Source: an uncultured Elusimicrobia bacterium
Lineage (GTDB): Bacteria > Elusimicrobiota > Elusimicrobia > F11
Reading direction: 5' to 3'
Assembly: GCA_964405835.1 (NCBI GenBank)
Contig: CAYOPN010000001.1
Coordinates: 51,502 to 115,501, forward strand
Length of the DNA: 64,000 nt
Shown: piece by piece, positions 32,801 through 47,800 of the stretch
Numbering within the stretch: the stretch's first letter is position 1
Layout: the number at the start of each line of letters is the position of its first letter
The notes under the pieces: model-generated
What the model was told of the DNA's origin: nothing
What the model saw: only the letters and a program-made list of their open reading frames with translations
The model's database searches: none
Made by a program: the position numbers and the translations under genes

Positions 32801-35800
32801 CATCTTCGGCCGTTCCAGAAATCAACGGCAGAGGATTCGTCGACGCGTTGTAATACTGGTTGTTCACGGGCGCCACAACCGTGGAGGTTCCGTATTGCGT
32901 GTCGTACGTAAACGCGTTCGACGACGTTCCCACCGCAAACGAAATCTGTGTATTTCCGGGGAGATCGGTCGCACGGATCCAGGCGCGATACACCTGGTTG
33001 TGCGCCCAGATTTGCGTTTCATTTCCAAGCACATACGACCAATTCGGCAAGCTGGCCGTTGAAACGATAATGGCGGTGGCCGTGGTTCCCCACGCGCCGA
33101 ACCCGTCCGCCGGGTCTTCAATATCATGCCAATAATCACCATTGGCGCGCTGAATGAAAAGTTCGAGATTTTTCACTTCGCTCACCAGGTCGGCGGCGGT
33201 GCCGGAAAGCGTCGTGATCTGCCCGGAACGGTAGTAGGCGCTGTTGGCCGGCGCTTGCACCACCGCGGTGGGAACATTCACATCGTACGTAAAGGTGTGC
33301 GACCCGCTTGCGGTATCGCTCTCGACATTGCCCGCGTCGTCGTACGCGCGCGAAATGATGTAGTAGCTCGTTCCTGTCGCCAAATGGCCGTTGTTCAGCA
33401 CCGTGTAGGTCCAGTTGTAGGGCGGCGTTCCGCCGAGCGTGGATTTCGTTAACCACAAAGTGGACGGGCCGGTGAACCCGGATCCGTCGAACCACAATCC
33501 CGTTGCGTTGTTGCGAACCGCCACTTCCAGGTCGGTGACAGTACCGCCATCCGACGCGGTGCCGGCAACCGTCACAAGACCTTGAATCACGGCGCTCGAA
33601 GGCAACGACGTGAACGATTGCGGCGCGTCGGTGTCGTAGGTGAATGTTGAATAAACGATCGTCGAAACGTTGCCCGCTTTGTCCACCGAGCGGGTTTGGA
33701 CCGAGTACGCGATGCCGGTCGTCCAGGTAAAGGTCGCGTTCCAATTCATATAGCTGTTGGTGGTATCGGCAACGAACCAGGCGGTGTTACCGGGCTCGGC
33801 GATATTGAAGCTCGGCGTCTGGCGCGGCGTGGCCGGATTGTAGAACTGCGTCAGATCATTGCGGCGGATGCGGACTTGGACATAATCAAGATTGGAGTTG
33901 GTCGTGTCCGAGGCGGTTCCAGAAATAGTGGCCAGGCTCGAGACACGCGGCTGCGTGGGCTCACCTACCGGCGCCTCAATAGCGGCCACGGGATTCACGT
34001 TATCGAACGTGAATGTGTAAGAAGAAATCGTTGAGAAATTCAGCGCCACGTCGCGCGCGCGCACTTTCACGAGATACGTGGTATCGTTGACCCACGACGG
34101 TTGCGATGAGGCCGACAGCGTCCAATTCCCCGGATCGGTGGTCGTCGTGACCGCAACCCATCCCAATCCGGCCGTGTCAGCGGTATCGCTGAAGTCTCCG
34201 TCGTCCACGTTGAAGCCCGCGCCGTCCCACCAATTGCCGACGCCATCCGGATTGCGGCGAATCGCGACCTTGGCGTTCAATAGACCGGACTTGCGCGCCG
34301 TGGCCGCATCGCCGGCGGTACCGGAAAGATTGGCCAGCGTTCGCTCAAACGCTGCATTCGGCTGTTGGATCACCGCCAACGGCACGCTCGAGTCGAATGT
34401 GAAGTTCTGCGTCGTAGACAGCGAAAGATTTCCAGCGAGATCCAACGTGCGAATATTCAAGGAATAGTCCGTGTTGTCCTGCCATTGTGCGCTCGGTTCC
34501 GGGAAAGACCAGGTGGTGCTTCCCGTAACGATCATCCAAGTAGAACTGTTAACCACCCATGCCGAGCCGTTCCAATATTCCGTTCCATTCGGTGTGCGGC
34601 GGATCCGGATTTCGTTGCGGGCAACGCCGGCAAAAACATGGGCCGGTTCATCCACGGCCACGCCCGTAATGGACGTGAGCGGATTGGCGGGCGAACGATA
34701 GACCGGGCTTCCCGTTGGATCGGTGAAGGTGGCCGTAGCATGGAACAAATCAAACAAGAAGTTCACCGTCGAAACCGCCGTTTCAAAATTGGAAGAACGG
34801 TCATAGGCGCGCGAGAAGACCATGTACTGCCGGCCCGACACAAGATTGGAAAGCAGCGTTCCGGTGTTGTACGACCAGGTGACGGACGGCGAGTTCATAT
34901 GGACCACCGATGACAAAACAGTCGTGTAGGTGGTGGAGCTGAACGCAGCGCCGTTCCAATAATAGGTGCTGTCCGCCAATAGATAGCTGATGGTCAACCG
35001 CACTTCGTTGACACCCGAGAAATCGTCACTGGCTAGACCGGAGAACGCCGAAAACGTGCGATACGCGCCGCCGTCGGCGGGCACGCTGACCGTCGATGTG
35101 GCGGCGACGTTGTCGAAGTAGAAAACGTTGGACGACACTCCGACCGTAAACGCCGATTGCGTATTGCCGGCGCCATCGGAGGCCCACGCCAGAACGCGAT
35201 AATTATGGCCCGACGTAAATTGGCTGTTGATGCTCCCGTCGTTGTAAATCCATGTGCCGGAGGAGGAGCCCGTGAACGTGGCGGTGCGCGAGGCCACGGC
35301 AGTCGTGAATAGCGCGCCGTTCCAATACTTCTGTGGCGACGTGCTGATGTCAATGATCTGCAGTTTGACGGATGAAATGGGGCTGAAATCGAGGTCCATC
35401 CCGGCACCGACTTCCGTCCCGGCCGCCGTTCCGGTCAACGTGCTCAAGGTTTTGTAACCACTATTGTGCGGCGGTGTAATAATTCCTGCAGTGGGCGGAA
35501 CGTTATCGATGCGAAACGTGGTCGTCGATAAAACATAATCCAAATTATCGGCCGAGTCTTTCGCCTGCGAGATGAGTTTATAGATGCGGCCGGACGTCCA
35601 GGTGGCGGGGAGCTTGTTGCCAACGGTGGTCACATCCCAGGTTGCCGACGTTGTAAAGAGATCCAGATTGGTTACGACTTGGGTGGAGACGCTGTCCCAA
35701 CCGGAGATGGAACTCCAATAGAGATCGTCTCCTCCTCCCTCCGCGTGGTCAGCCCCCAAATTCCAAATCGTCAAATAGACTGCCTGAATGCTGCTCGTCG

Positions 35801-38800
35801 CGTCTTCCGCGGTCCCTGTTACCAGCGCGACCGCTTGCAGGGATGCGTTGTCGACGGGCGACGTAATCCCGGAACTGGGAGGCAAAATATCAACGGTGAA
35901 GCGGCGGGTTTTGCGGATTTCCACATTACTCAGGTTGTCTTCCGCCCAATATTCGAGGAAGTAACGGTAGCCGGAATCCCACGTTGGGGCTGCGGTGGAG
36001 TACGCCACGCCACCATCCGCGTGCATGCGGCGAACGACCTCGTTTGCTTCATCAAAGTCACCCGGATATTCTCCGTCCCAATAGAGGTCGCCCGCATCGG
36101 ACACATTGTTGTTGTTGTCATCCCGACGTAGCGAGAAGTACACCTTGGCGGCGTCCACGCCCACATTGACTTTCGGTGAGGACGGCAAATCGGAAACGTT
36201 GGCTGAAAGTGTGACCAACGTGTTGCTGGTGCCATTGTAGCCGGTCCCTTCTGTGGGCCTGGTAATGGTCGTGAGCGGAGCCGAGGAATCAAAAACAAAC
36301 TGCGACACGGCAGCGGTCGGCGGCATATTGCCCAACTCATCGAAAGGCAACGCGTGAATCCGGTAGGTATGGCCCGATTGCCAAATATTATCGTCGTTAT
36401 TGTAAGTCCACACGACCTGGTCCTGCCCCGAAATATTGACCGGAACCGTGGAAGATGTGGCCGTAAAACTGGAAATGCCGGTCCAATAGGTGTCTTGATT
36501 TGCGGCCCCGCCGCCCTGCAGATGATCATCGCCCAAATCGATGATTTGAAGATCAACCCGCGACATTCCAACGCGTTTCAAGGGGGCGATCGGGTAATCG
36601 CGGGCGGTGCCCTGGATTTGGACCAAACTGTTGCGCGAAACGAGCGTCGCCGGCGTGGTGATACCAGAGGCAGGGCCTGACGAGTCGTAGACAAAAATTT
36701 GGTACGTCGCGCCGGTTTGAATATTTGAAATCAAGTCGGTTGCGGACGATTTCACGACATACGTATGACCGTTTACCAATTGTCCGCTAAGGGACGCGTG
36801 TGTGTAAGACCACGAGCCCGACGAGGCGCCCACGAAAACGGCCGCATACCAGGATGCCGATTCATCGTTTTCACTGAAGTCCGTTGTCGACTGTTTCCAA
36901 TACGTCGTTGTGTCCTGGTCCCGGATCGAAATTCTCACGCCCGACGAACCGATGCCTGCGTTCAAATTCCGCGCGGCCGGCAGCATGGTGTAATCATCCG
37001 CTGTACCCGAGACTGTCGAGAGTGTTTTGTAATAGGGCTCGTCCGCATAAAGCACGCCGGTGAGAGGCGGGGATGTTACGCCGGTGATCGGGCTAGTGTT
37101 GTCAAATGTAAACGTGGACGAACCGGATGCGAAATCGATTTCGGAGTTGGTGGCCGAGTCAACCGCCTGGCTCGTCACATAATAAGAAGCGCCGGACAAC
37201 AGATCGCCGTCGCCCAAACCGGTGATCGCGTAGTTCCAATCCGGGAATGTCGGATTCTGGGTCACGCCGGTTTGGAATACGGGCGCGACGCCCGGAGACG
37301 TGAAATCATCTTCGATCGGGTCCCACCACATCTCAAGGCTCATGTCTTTTACGGCAATCCGGACAACCGTGATCGGTGAGCCGGTATCGCCCGCCGTTCC
37401 GCGAATGCCAGCAGCGCCCAACGTGCGTACGGTCCCTCCGGCCGCGGGCACGGTCACAAACGAGAAAGGAAGGTTCGTGTCGAACGTGAACGAGGAATAA
37501 TAAATGCTCGATGTATTTCCGGCCTGGTCGCGCACGCGCATCGATATCCCGTAGTTCTGGCCTGATTGCCACGTCGGGGTTGACCCCGTGAAGTACCAAT
37601 TCGCCCAACTGTTCGAGCTTGACGCTGAGAACCAAGCGGTGTCGTCGTCCAACGCGCCGTTCCAATTCCGAAGCACGGGGTCCCACCAAATCGTCCCACC
37701 GATGTGACGGATCCGCAATTGAACAAGGCTAATACTGCCGGCCCGCGGTCCGCCGGTCGCGTCGTAAGCGGAACCGGCAATGGTGGTCAAGAAATTCTCG
37801 AAGTCCGTGCCCGGCCCGTCGAAAGGTTGTGTAATTAAACCGGTTGAAATAACGGAGTCATAGATGAACGTCGACACTTTTACCTGGCTAACATTCTGCG
37901 CCAAATCGGTGGCCAGCACATGCAGTTCGTATTGATGGCCGTTCTGCCAAACGGGGATCTGGTCCGAACCGAACGGATAACTCCATGGCGCGCTGGCCGT
38001 GGCAACGACATTGATGGTGCTGCTGGTCATGCGGTACGAAGCCGCATTTTGGTTGAACGCGGTGGCGTTTATGCCCGAGTACCATTTGTTCGCGTCGCTA
38101 TCATCGGCGTCAAAAATGGCCACTTCAATTTTTTCGAGTCCCGAGCGCGGCTCCACCACGCCGTCATGGGCGGTGCCCGACAAAATGTCCAGCGTGCTGG
38201 CCGCGTGATACAGCTGCGACGGGACCAGCACGACGCTCACGATGGGGGCCGTTGAATCGTACGTGAACAACGATGCCGTCGTCGTCGAAATGTTGCCGGC
38301 CACATCGAAGGCGCGCGCGCGAATTTGATACTCGCGATTAACAATCCACGTTGGTGATGCGAAGGACCAGGACGCGAGCGAACCCCCGACATTCACCCAA
38401 CTGGAACTGGCCTGATCGAACGCGGACCCGCCCCAAAAAAGTGAGTTCGTCACGTTCTTGATTTCAAGTTCCACCCGCACAACACCCGAGTGGTTGTCCA
38501 CGGCAGCGCCCGTAATATTGCTCAACAATTGGTTCGGCCCGTAGGCACCGTTGTTGACGGGCGCCGTGATGCTGAGCGACTCGGGCGGCGTGTTGTCGAA
38601 GTAGAACGTGTACGACCCCGGCGTTCCTCCCACTTGCGTGTTGGGCGATGGCGTCGCGGCATCGGTTCCGAAAATACGAATCGTGTACGTGGCACCGCTG
38701 GTGAGATGCGATGTGGTCACGAAAGTGGACGTGTAGGTTTGACTGCCGCTTTGTCCCGTCAAGGTTCGCGTGTCGATGAAAATCTCGCTCGCGGAAGCAA

Positions 38801-41800
38801 AGGCCGTCCCATTAAAATACGTGTTGCTTTGATCACGAACCGACATTTTGATGTTTCCAAACCCCGCCAAATCGGCGTTGGCGGTAGCGGATATAGTGGC
38901 GAGCGAACGGATCGGCGTCGTGTTGGGATAAGTGACCCCGGATGTCGGCGTGGTCGTGTCGATAATCACATTCAGCGAAATTGTTTCGGACCCAGGGTTC
39001 GGCGTCGGAAATGCGTTGTCACGTGCACGGGCTTTGACCGTGTACGACCGGTCCGACAACCAGCCGTTCATGACGGACGGCGGATCCATCTTCAAGCTAT
39101 CGAGCGCGTTGTAGCTCCAAGTTCCTGACGACGCGCCCAGCGCGACAAACCCATCAACCGTTTGCCACGCCGCCCCTTCGGTGGTTTGGCTTGAGAAGAC
39201 CGTTCCGGTCCAATAATAGGTGCTAACTCCAACGACATAATACGCCAACGTATCAATGTTCCCCACGGCACTTACACCGGCGTTGTTCGGAAAGTCGGTG
39301 GCGGTATTGTCGTCCACGGTTCCGGTGATCGCCAGCAATTGACGGTAAATTCCATTGTTGACCGGAAGGGTCAACGCCGTCGATGGCGCCTGGTTATCCA
39401 CCACGAAAGTTACCGACGACAAGGTATTAACGAATAGGGCATTTTCGTTTCCGGCCTTGTCGGCGACCTTCACACGCAATGAGAAATTTTCCTTGTTGTA
39501 TATCGCCAATGAAAAATTCGGCATGCTCGCATAGGCCCAGGAGCTGATGTAGAGCGTGGCGGTCAAGTAAGTTGGCGTGGGGCCCGCTACCCATGCGGAA
39601 CCGTTCCAATACGAGCCGTTGGAATTGCGCTGCAAGGCGATCTGAACTTGACTGACCTGATTGTATCCGGCAATGGCCGCGTCTTGCGAAGCGCCAAGAA
39701 TGTCGCTCACAGGCCCCGATGCAATCGCCACCGACGAACGCAATTGGCCTTGCGCAACCGACGTGATGGTCGCCGTCGGAATGGAAATATCATAGGTCAC
39801 GTCGGAGTCGTGTTCCGCTTCGTTGGTCCCGTCGTACGAATTGCTGTCCAAGTACGAACCATCTTCGGCGATCAAGTAGATCTTGTATTTGTAGCCGTCC
39901 GTAATATGTGTTGAATAAGCGATGTCGTACTGCCAGTTCCATAAATTTGGCGACGCAAGCGTTGGCGTCACGGTCAAATTCGGGCGCACCAATGTCCAAG
40001 TAGCGCCGTTCCAGTAATATCCGTCGGCGGCGGTGGTGTCGTTTTTGTTAATTCGGCGGAGGTCAATTTTCACGTTGTTCACGCCGGCCAGGTTGGCTTG
40101 ATCGGATGCGGTGCCGGAAATTCGCGCGAAACTGCTCGTGAAGGCCGTTAATGGCTGCGTTAACACCGAGGTTGGCGCTTGTGAATCGTAGGTGAACAAC
40201 GCCGAGACCTCGGCGCCATCGATGTTCGCGGTGTTGATACCATACGCGCGCACCGTGTAACTCGAACCATGCGTGAACCAATTTCCGGACGCCGGCACAC
40301 TGGAATTCCAGGCCCAGTTCGGAACAGCCAGCGCGTTGGCCAAAGTGTAGGTTGACGCACTTATCCAGGATTGACTCGTTCCGCTCCAATAGCGGTTGAC
40401 CGGATCGGAATAGCGTTCAATTTGAATTAATACACGGTCGGTGGCCGCATTGGCGGTACCGCTGATGTCGGTTAAATTCTGCCGATAGAAACGCGTGTTA
40501 ACGGGTTTTAACAGCGTCACAACCGACGGCGGCGGCTGGAACGTGAAACCGAACGAGCTCGGATACACCGAATAGGTGGTCTGATAATTTCCGGCCTTGT
40601 CCAAAGCCCGAACGTAGACCGCGTAGTCCACGAGGTTTTCCCACAAATTGCCTTGGTTGGTGGTTTTGCTCCATTCGCCGGTGTTGCTGTTGTAAGAATC
40701 CACCGCGTTCCAGACCGGCGACCCCGATGGTTCCCACGAGGTGTTGGAGAAACGGTACCAATCGCCGTTGCCGTTTGGCGGAAGCCGCGTTATCGCGATT
40801 TCAACCGTGTTAAGGCCCGGCGTCCCGTACGTGGTGTCGGTCGCGGTGCCGGTGATCGCCGGCAAGGCGGACACCACCGCGGAATTCGGGACTACAATAG
40901 CCGCTGTTCCGGCCTTGACGTCATAAGTCGCGGTGACAACCGAGAAAGATTGTGTGTTGCCGGCGCGGTCGACCGATTGAACGTAGAACCGGAACCAGCG
41001 CCCGTCGGTGCCGGTGCCGTGGCTCCAGTCCGGCGGAACCGCGGACATCGACCACGTCGTGGAGTAGACCGTGGCGCGCGTCGACGCTTCCACAGCGCCC
41101 CAGCCGGTTCCGTCCCACCAAGGGTTTGTCGCTTCAACACCGTCAAAAATCTTCACGTTAACGTATTGAACACCCGACGGTGTGTTGCCCGGAGGGACCA
41201 GAACGTCAGCCATGGTGCCGGTGAGCGCGGCAAGCGAATTGAAATAACCGCTGCCCGCGTTCACAATGACCGCCGTCGGTGTGGACTTATCGACGACCAC
41301 GATGGCTGAATTATAAACCTGCTGCGTATTGGTCGGGCTCGAGTTGTCGGTCGCGCGGCTTTGGATGTTGTATCCGTACCCATCTTGGAAAGTGTTGGTC
41401 GGATCCGAGAACGTGAACGACCAACTGTCTTGCCCCGTGGCCGTCAGCGGAAAATTAATCGATCCCGAATCCTGGTCGAACCCGTTCTCGGACGCGTTCA
41501 AATAATTCCCATCGGTGCGGCGCACGCGAACCGTTACCGTGTTGACGCCGGAACCGCCCGCGTCATCGGTCGCCGTGCCCGTAACAACCGAGAACGGACC
41601 CGCCACGTAGTTGGTCACGCCGGCCGTCAGCGAATCCACCGCGGACGTGGGGGATGAAAAGTCGATTCGGAATTGACGCCCTGTGCTGGCGAAATCGGGG
41701 TCCGAAACGGGGTTGCCCGCCGCATCGATCGCGCGCACAAACAATTTATAAACGGTGCGATCGTTCCAGGACGTCGGCAGGTTTGTAAAGGTCCACGAAG

Positions 41801-44800
41801 TGGAGTTAACCGTGGCCGCATTTAACCAGGATGTGCCCGCGTTGTAGGGGTTGAAACCAACCCCATCCCAAAACGTGTTGGCCGGATGACGCAGCGCGAT
41901 CTGAACCGTTGTCGGAACAGGGTTCGGGGCATCCGACATGGTGCCGGTCACCAACGTCAGCGAACGATACGAGGCCAGGCTGGCGGGCTCCACAACGCCC
42001 GCGGACGCCGGTGTATTGTCGAAAGTAAACGTCGAGCTAACCACCGTGCCGTTGTTAAGCGCCGAATCACTCGGACGGACTTGAATCTTATAAATGCGGT
42101 TATTAATCCAAGTCGGCGTCGAACCGGTGTAATGCCAGTCCTCGCTCGTCGTATTGAAAGACCCATCGGTCGGCGTCGCGCTCAACCAAATAGCGCTGCC
42201 TTGCCAAGCACTTCCGTTCCAATAGCGATCGGTGTAGGGCGCCGACGCTCCGGTGGAGATGGTGATCTCAACCAAATTAATCGCGGAGGAAGAATCCGCC
42301 GCCGTTCCGGAAATGGTGCCAAGCGATCGCTCGTAAGCGGCGTCGGGATCCAATATCGCGGTCGTTGGGTCCGCCGCGTCGTATACCAACGTAACGCCCT
42401 GAGCGACACTCTGCGTGTGCACGTTGCCCGCATTGTCCGTGACGCGCAAACGAATCAAATAGGTTTTCCCTTGTTGCAGCGCCGGGCGCGTAAAGGCCCA
42501 GCTATCGATGCCCGCGCCGCCGCCATCGGGCGTGTAGGTTGTTGTGCTCCGAAACGTGCCGCTATCGCCAAAGTCCGCGCTGAACGACGTTCCGTTGTAC
42601 CACGTACCGGCCGTGCCCGAAGCGCTCGACGATATAGCGATTTCCACTAAGGCGATGCCGGCCGGGTCATCAAACGCTGTCCCGGCGATGGATGTTTGCG
42701 ATGCATTGATAAAGTTGACCGGAGACGTTACGGTCGCCGTCGGCGTTCCGATATCGTAGGTGATCGTGCGAACCGCGGTGAACGCGGACGTGGTGCCCGC
42801 CACGTCCCAGGCGCGCGCCTCAATCGTGTAGGACTGACCTTCCACGAAATCTTCGTTCACCTGCAACTGGGGAATGACGAATTGCCAGGTCGGATTGGAA
42901 TAACTCGCTGTTACGGTGGATTGCGTGGCGGTGAAACTGCCCGCGCCGTTGTGGGTTCCCGTCCAATAATTGGCTCCATTTTGGATACGCACTTGGACCA
43001 CGCTCACGCTGGAAGCGGCATCGGAGGCTGTGCCGCTGATAGTTAAAGCGGTTGAATTGGTAAAGAAAGCATTGTCGTTTGGTGCCTGTACAACCACTGT
43101 CGGTGCCGTGTTGTCAAACGTGAACGTCACTGATCGGACCGAATAGAATCCTTCATCGTTGGTGGGCGAAGCGTTGTCTTGTGCGCGCGTGGTGATGTAG
43201 TAACTGGTGCCCGACGTCAGATTGGCGGAAGCAATGGCCGCGTAGGTCCACGAGCTAGCCCACAGGCTTGCGTTGTCCGTCGTCAACGGGTTATTTTGAT
43301 TGAACGCATTTGACCCGTTCCACCATTTCCCTTCGTTCACGCCGCCGAGTTCGCGAATCGCGAACTTCACCGATGCGACGCTGCCGGAATTTAAGGCACC
43401 GGTATCGTTGCGCGTTCCATAAATCGGATTGACCGCCGGGGTGATGTCCCTAATGTAACTGTTGTTGGCCGGAAAGCTGATGAACGATTGAGGCCGGTCT
43501 TGGTCCATGACAAAACTTGCGGTGGCCAAATTCACCTGCACATTTCCCGCGGCGTCCCGCACTTCCGCCTCAACGCGGTACCGCGCGTCCGTCACAAAAC
43601 TGAACGTGCTGTACCAATTGGTCCAGGAATTGCTGGTCACCGCGTTGAACCAGGCGGTGGAGGCGCTGTTATCGTCGATATCAAAGAGGCCGTTCGATGG
43701 GTTGAACCAGAGATTGTTGTCGTTGTAGCGAACGCGGACACGAACCAGCGCCACACCCGAAGGCCCGCTGTCACTGGACGTTCCGATAATGCCGGCGAGA
43801 CCGCCGATCAACGATGTCGTTGACAAGCGTGGCGTTGTGTCGGTTCCCGGCGTGGCGTCCAATGGATCGATGATGGCCAACGACGGCGCGCTGGAATCAA
43901 ACGTGAAAGTGGTGGTCACCACCGTGCTGATGTTGCCCGCCTCATCGGTGGAGCGAGCATGAATTTTGTAGGTGATCCCGGACACATAGGTCGGGGTGGA
44001 GGCGCCGGTCAATGTCCAGTTCTCGTTGCTCGAGTTGAAATTCCCGTCCAATGCCGCGGCGGGCAACCACACCATCGTCGGCCCCGGCAACCACGCGCTC
44101 CCATCCCAGGAGAAATTCTCGGAAACCGGGCCGCCGGTCGATATCACAACCTCGGCCGAAACCATATTTGTGTCCGCATCCGTGGCGTTACCGAGAATGG
44201 CCGGCAAGCTCCGTTCATAAGCCGCGTTGGGATCGAGAATGGATGATGTTGGGCTGGTCGCGTCATAGAAGAACGTTTTTCGGGAGGCCAACGGATACGT
44301 CCGAATGTTTCCGGCCCGGTCCGTAACGCGGAGCAACACCGAATAGGTTTTCCCTTGTTGCAGCGCCGGCCGCGTCCATTCCCAGGAAATCAAACCGCCG
44401 CCCAAATCGGCCCATGTGCTGGTTGACTGCCAAACGGTGTTGGACGACAAGTCCACGCTGAACGTGGAACCGTTGTACCACGTCCCATTCCCTCCGGCGC
44501 TGTCCGACGACAGCGCCACTTCCACTTTGAATATTCCCGATACGCCGTCCATCGCCGTTCCCGTAATGACAGCTTGACTTCCGTTCATGAACGAACCTGG
44601 CACCACCACCGTCGCGGTCGGGAGATCTACTTCGTAGGTGATGGTCCGTACCGCCGTGAACGCACTCGTTGTTCCGGCCACGTCCCATCCCCGCGCTTCA
44701 ATCGTGTAGGTCTGCCCGTTCACAAAGTCTTGACCCAATTCCGCCGCGGGAATCACGAACTGCCAGGTCGGGTTCGCGTACGAAGCGGTCACTGTGGTGA

Positions 44801-47800
44801 TGGTGGTGGTGAAATTACCGGCGGCGTTGTGAGTTCCCGTCCAATAATTGGCTCCATTTTGAATTCGCACTTGCACCGTCTGCACGCCCGAGGTGGCATC
44901 GCTCGCCGTTCCGCTGATGGTAAGCGCGGTTGCGCTTCCGAAATAGATGCCGTCCGCGGGCGACTGTACCACCACCGTCGGCGCCGTGTTGTCAAACGTG
45001 AACGTGGATCCGCGGGACGAAAAATATCCTTCGTCATTTACCGGCGACGCGTTGTCGCGCGCGCGCGTGGTTATGTAATAGGAGGACCCGCTGGCCAAAA
45101 ATCCGCCCGTCAACCCCGTGAAACTCCACGATGACGTGTGCAACGTCACATTGTCCGAGGTCGGCGCGGCGCCCAACGTAAATGTCTGACCTAAATTATC
45201 CCACCATTGGCCGCTGCTTAATTCTCGAATCGCGATGCGGACAGGACTAACGGTACCCGTGTAACGGGTTCCCGTTTCCGCCATGGTGCCTTGAATGACG
45301 GTGAGGGCGCGCACAATTGATGCGCTTAGCGGCGTTAACACGCCGGATTGCGGCACGTTCTGGTCCATGACAAAACTGGCCGTGGCCAGAGCCGTTGAAT
45401 AGTTGCCGGCCGAATCCCGTGCGCGTGCTTCGATGTGGTATTTGAAATCGGTAAGGAAACTGAAGGTGGCATAATAATTTGCCCAACTGTTTGATGAAAG
45501 AGCGTTGAACCAGGCTGTATCGGCATCGTTCACATCAATGGTATAGGCGCCCGCCGAATAATCGCTGCCGTTGGACCAATACGAACCGGGGTCCGATTTG
45601 TAAATCCGGATCTGCACAAGATTCACGCCGACGCCGGACGCGTCCGACGGCACGCCGACAATGCTAGGCAGCCCCCCCACGTTGATCGGCACCGTGGACA
45701 AACGCGGCGCGGTGTCGTCGGCGGGCGTGGTGTCGTTGGGCACCGTGATCGTTAACGTTGGCGGGTTGGGATCGTAAATCACCGTCGTGCCGACACCGGC
45801 CGGCGCGGTGCTGGAAGCGAACTCCGCATTGCCCGCCAAATCAACGCCGCGGGAAACAATGCGGATTGAATGGCCTTCCACCAAATCGCTAATCAATCCG
45901 GCCGGCACCGTGTACGTCCAGGTGTTGATTGCCGTCGTGGTCGTATTAATAACTTCAAAGTAGGTTGGGTTCACCCCGACAAAATCCGCGCCATCCCACC
46001 ACGCTCCGGCCGTCGCGTCATAGAAAGCCACCCCCACGGTGTGCGTGCCGAGTTTCGATTCGTACGCGCGCACGCCGAAGCGTTCATCCGTCGCCGTTCC
46101 GGCGATGGATGTCAGCGATGTTGCATACCCGGCGGCCGGCGACGTGATCGACGTTGTGGGAATCTCGACATCGTAGGCGAAGGTAACGCTGGTCGAATTG
46201 GTGAAGTTGCCGGCCGCGTCAATGGCGCGGGCCGTGATTTGATATTGGTCGTCGTTCTCAAGCGTGAGATTCCCGCTATTGAACTGCCACGACGCCAATG
46301 TGCCGCCGTTCACACCCAGATAGAACGGCCCGCCGCCCGCGAACGCGGCGCCGTTGAAGTAATCGTTGTCCGTGACATCGTAGATCGACACTTGCACCGT
46401 GGACAATTGGGTGGCAAAAGCGCCGGCGTCGCCGGCCGTGCCGGTGATGGGCGTGGAAACTTGGACTTGCGAATAGATACCGCTCGCCAGCGGATACGTC
46501 ACGGACACCGTCGGGCTCGTTAAGTCGATCGTGAACACCTTTGTCGAAAGCGTCGCCGAATAATTTCCGGACAAATCAAGCGAACGCGCAATCACGGTGT
46601 ACGTGGCGTTCATGACCATGCCGACCGGAACATCGTAATGCCATCCGGTCGCGCCGTCTAGCGTCGCGGAGAACCAGGTGAGGTTGGACGTCCAGGAGGA
46701 AGACGTCCAATAATATGGCGTTCCGACGCTCGTGGAAATTTTCAACTCAACAAGATTGATGCCGGACAGCGCCGCGTCCATGGTGCCCGAAATGGTCGCC
46801 AGCCCCACCAGGTTGGAGGCCGAAGGAACCGTGATCCCCTGGGTCGGTACCGTGTCGTCCACGATGAAATTCACGATATCGGTGCCGGGAACCGCGGGAA
46901 CACTGAAATTGCCGGTCGCGGTGCCGTCGGCCTGGAACGACAAGTCTTCGCCGCGGGCTTCCAGCCGGTATTCCCGGTCGGTTCCACCCCACGTCACGCT
47001 CCCGAAAAATTCCCAGTTGTTGTTGGATGTGTTGATCCATCCGTTATTGACCAGCGAATGGGACGAAAAAGCGGTTAGGCCCGTTTGCCAGTAATAAGTG
47101 TCGTTGCCAAGAAGATAGCCGAGACGGATTTGCACTTTGCGCACGCCGGAATTCCACGGAGAACCCGGGTCCGTGACCGTGCCCACAATGGGGTTGGCGC
47201 CGCCGCTGACCTGACTTCCCTTGTATTTGGCGTTGTGCGATGGGAACGTGATGGCGACCGCTGGCGCAACCGTATCAGCCAAGAAAGTGCGTGATGAAAC
47301 GTCCGCCACGAAACTCGTTTGATGATTGCCGGCCACGTCAATGGCGCGAGAAAGGAGTTGATAGTACGTGTTGTACTCGGCCAGGCGAAGGTTGATGTTG
47401 GCGTCCACCAACTGCCAGTTCGCCGACCCATCCGAACTCGTTTCGACCCAATAGGGGCAGTTCGCGGTAAAGAAATTGGTTCCCGGGTCGTAACATTTGT
47501 CGTTGCGGAAAGACCGCAACGAAATGCTCGTTGCGTAAATCGTGAAGCCATCGCTCGCGGTGCCGGACAACGTCGAGAGTGAATTGACCGGCGAGGAACC
47601 GGTTGGCCGGGTAATGCCCGAAGTGGGCGCCGTGGTATCCCATGTAAAGGAGTTGCTCGCCGTTGTCCCGTTCCCAGCCCGATCGACGACGACCAAATAC
47701 GCCGTGTAAACTTTGGATTCTTCAAACGTCGCCGCGCTGACAAAACTGGAATGCGTCACGTTGTAAACACCGCCTCCCAACGAAGTGGCCGGCAAACAAG

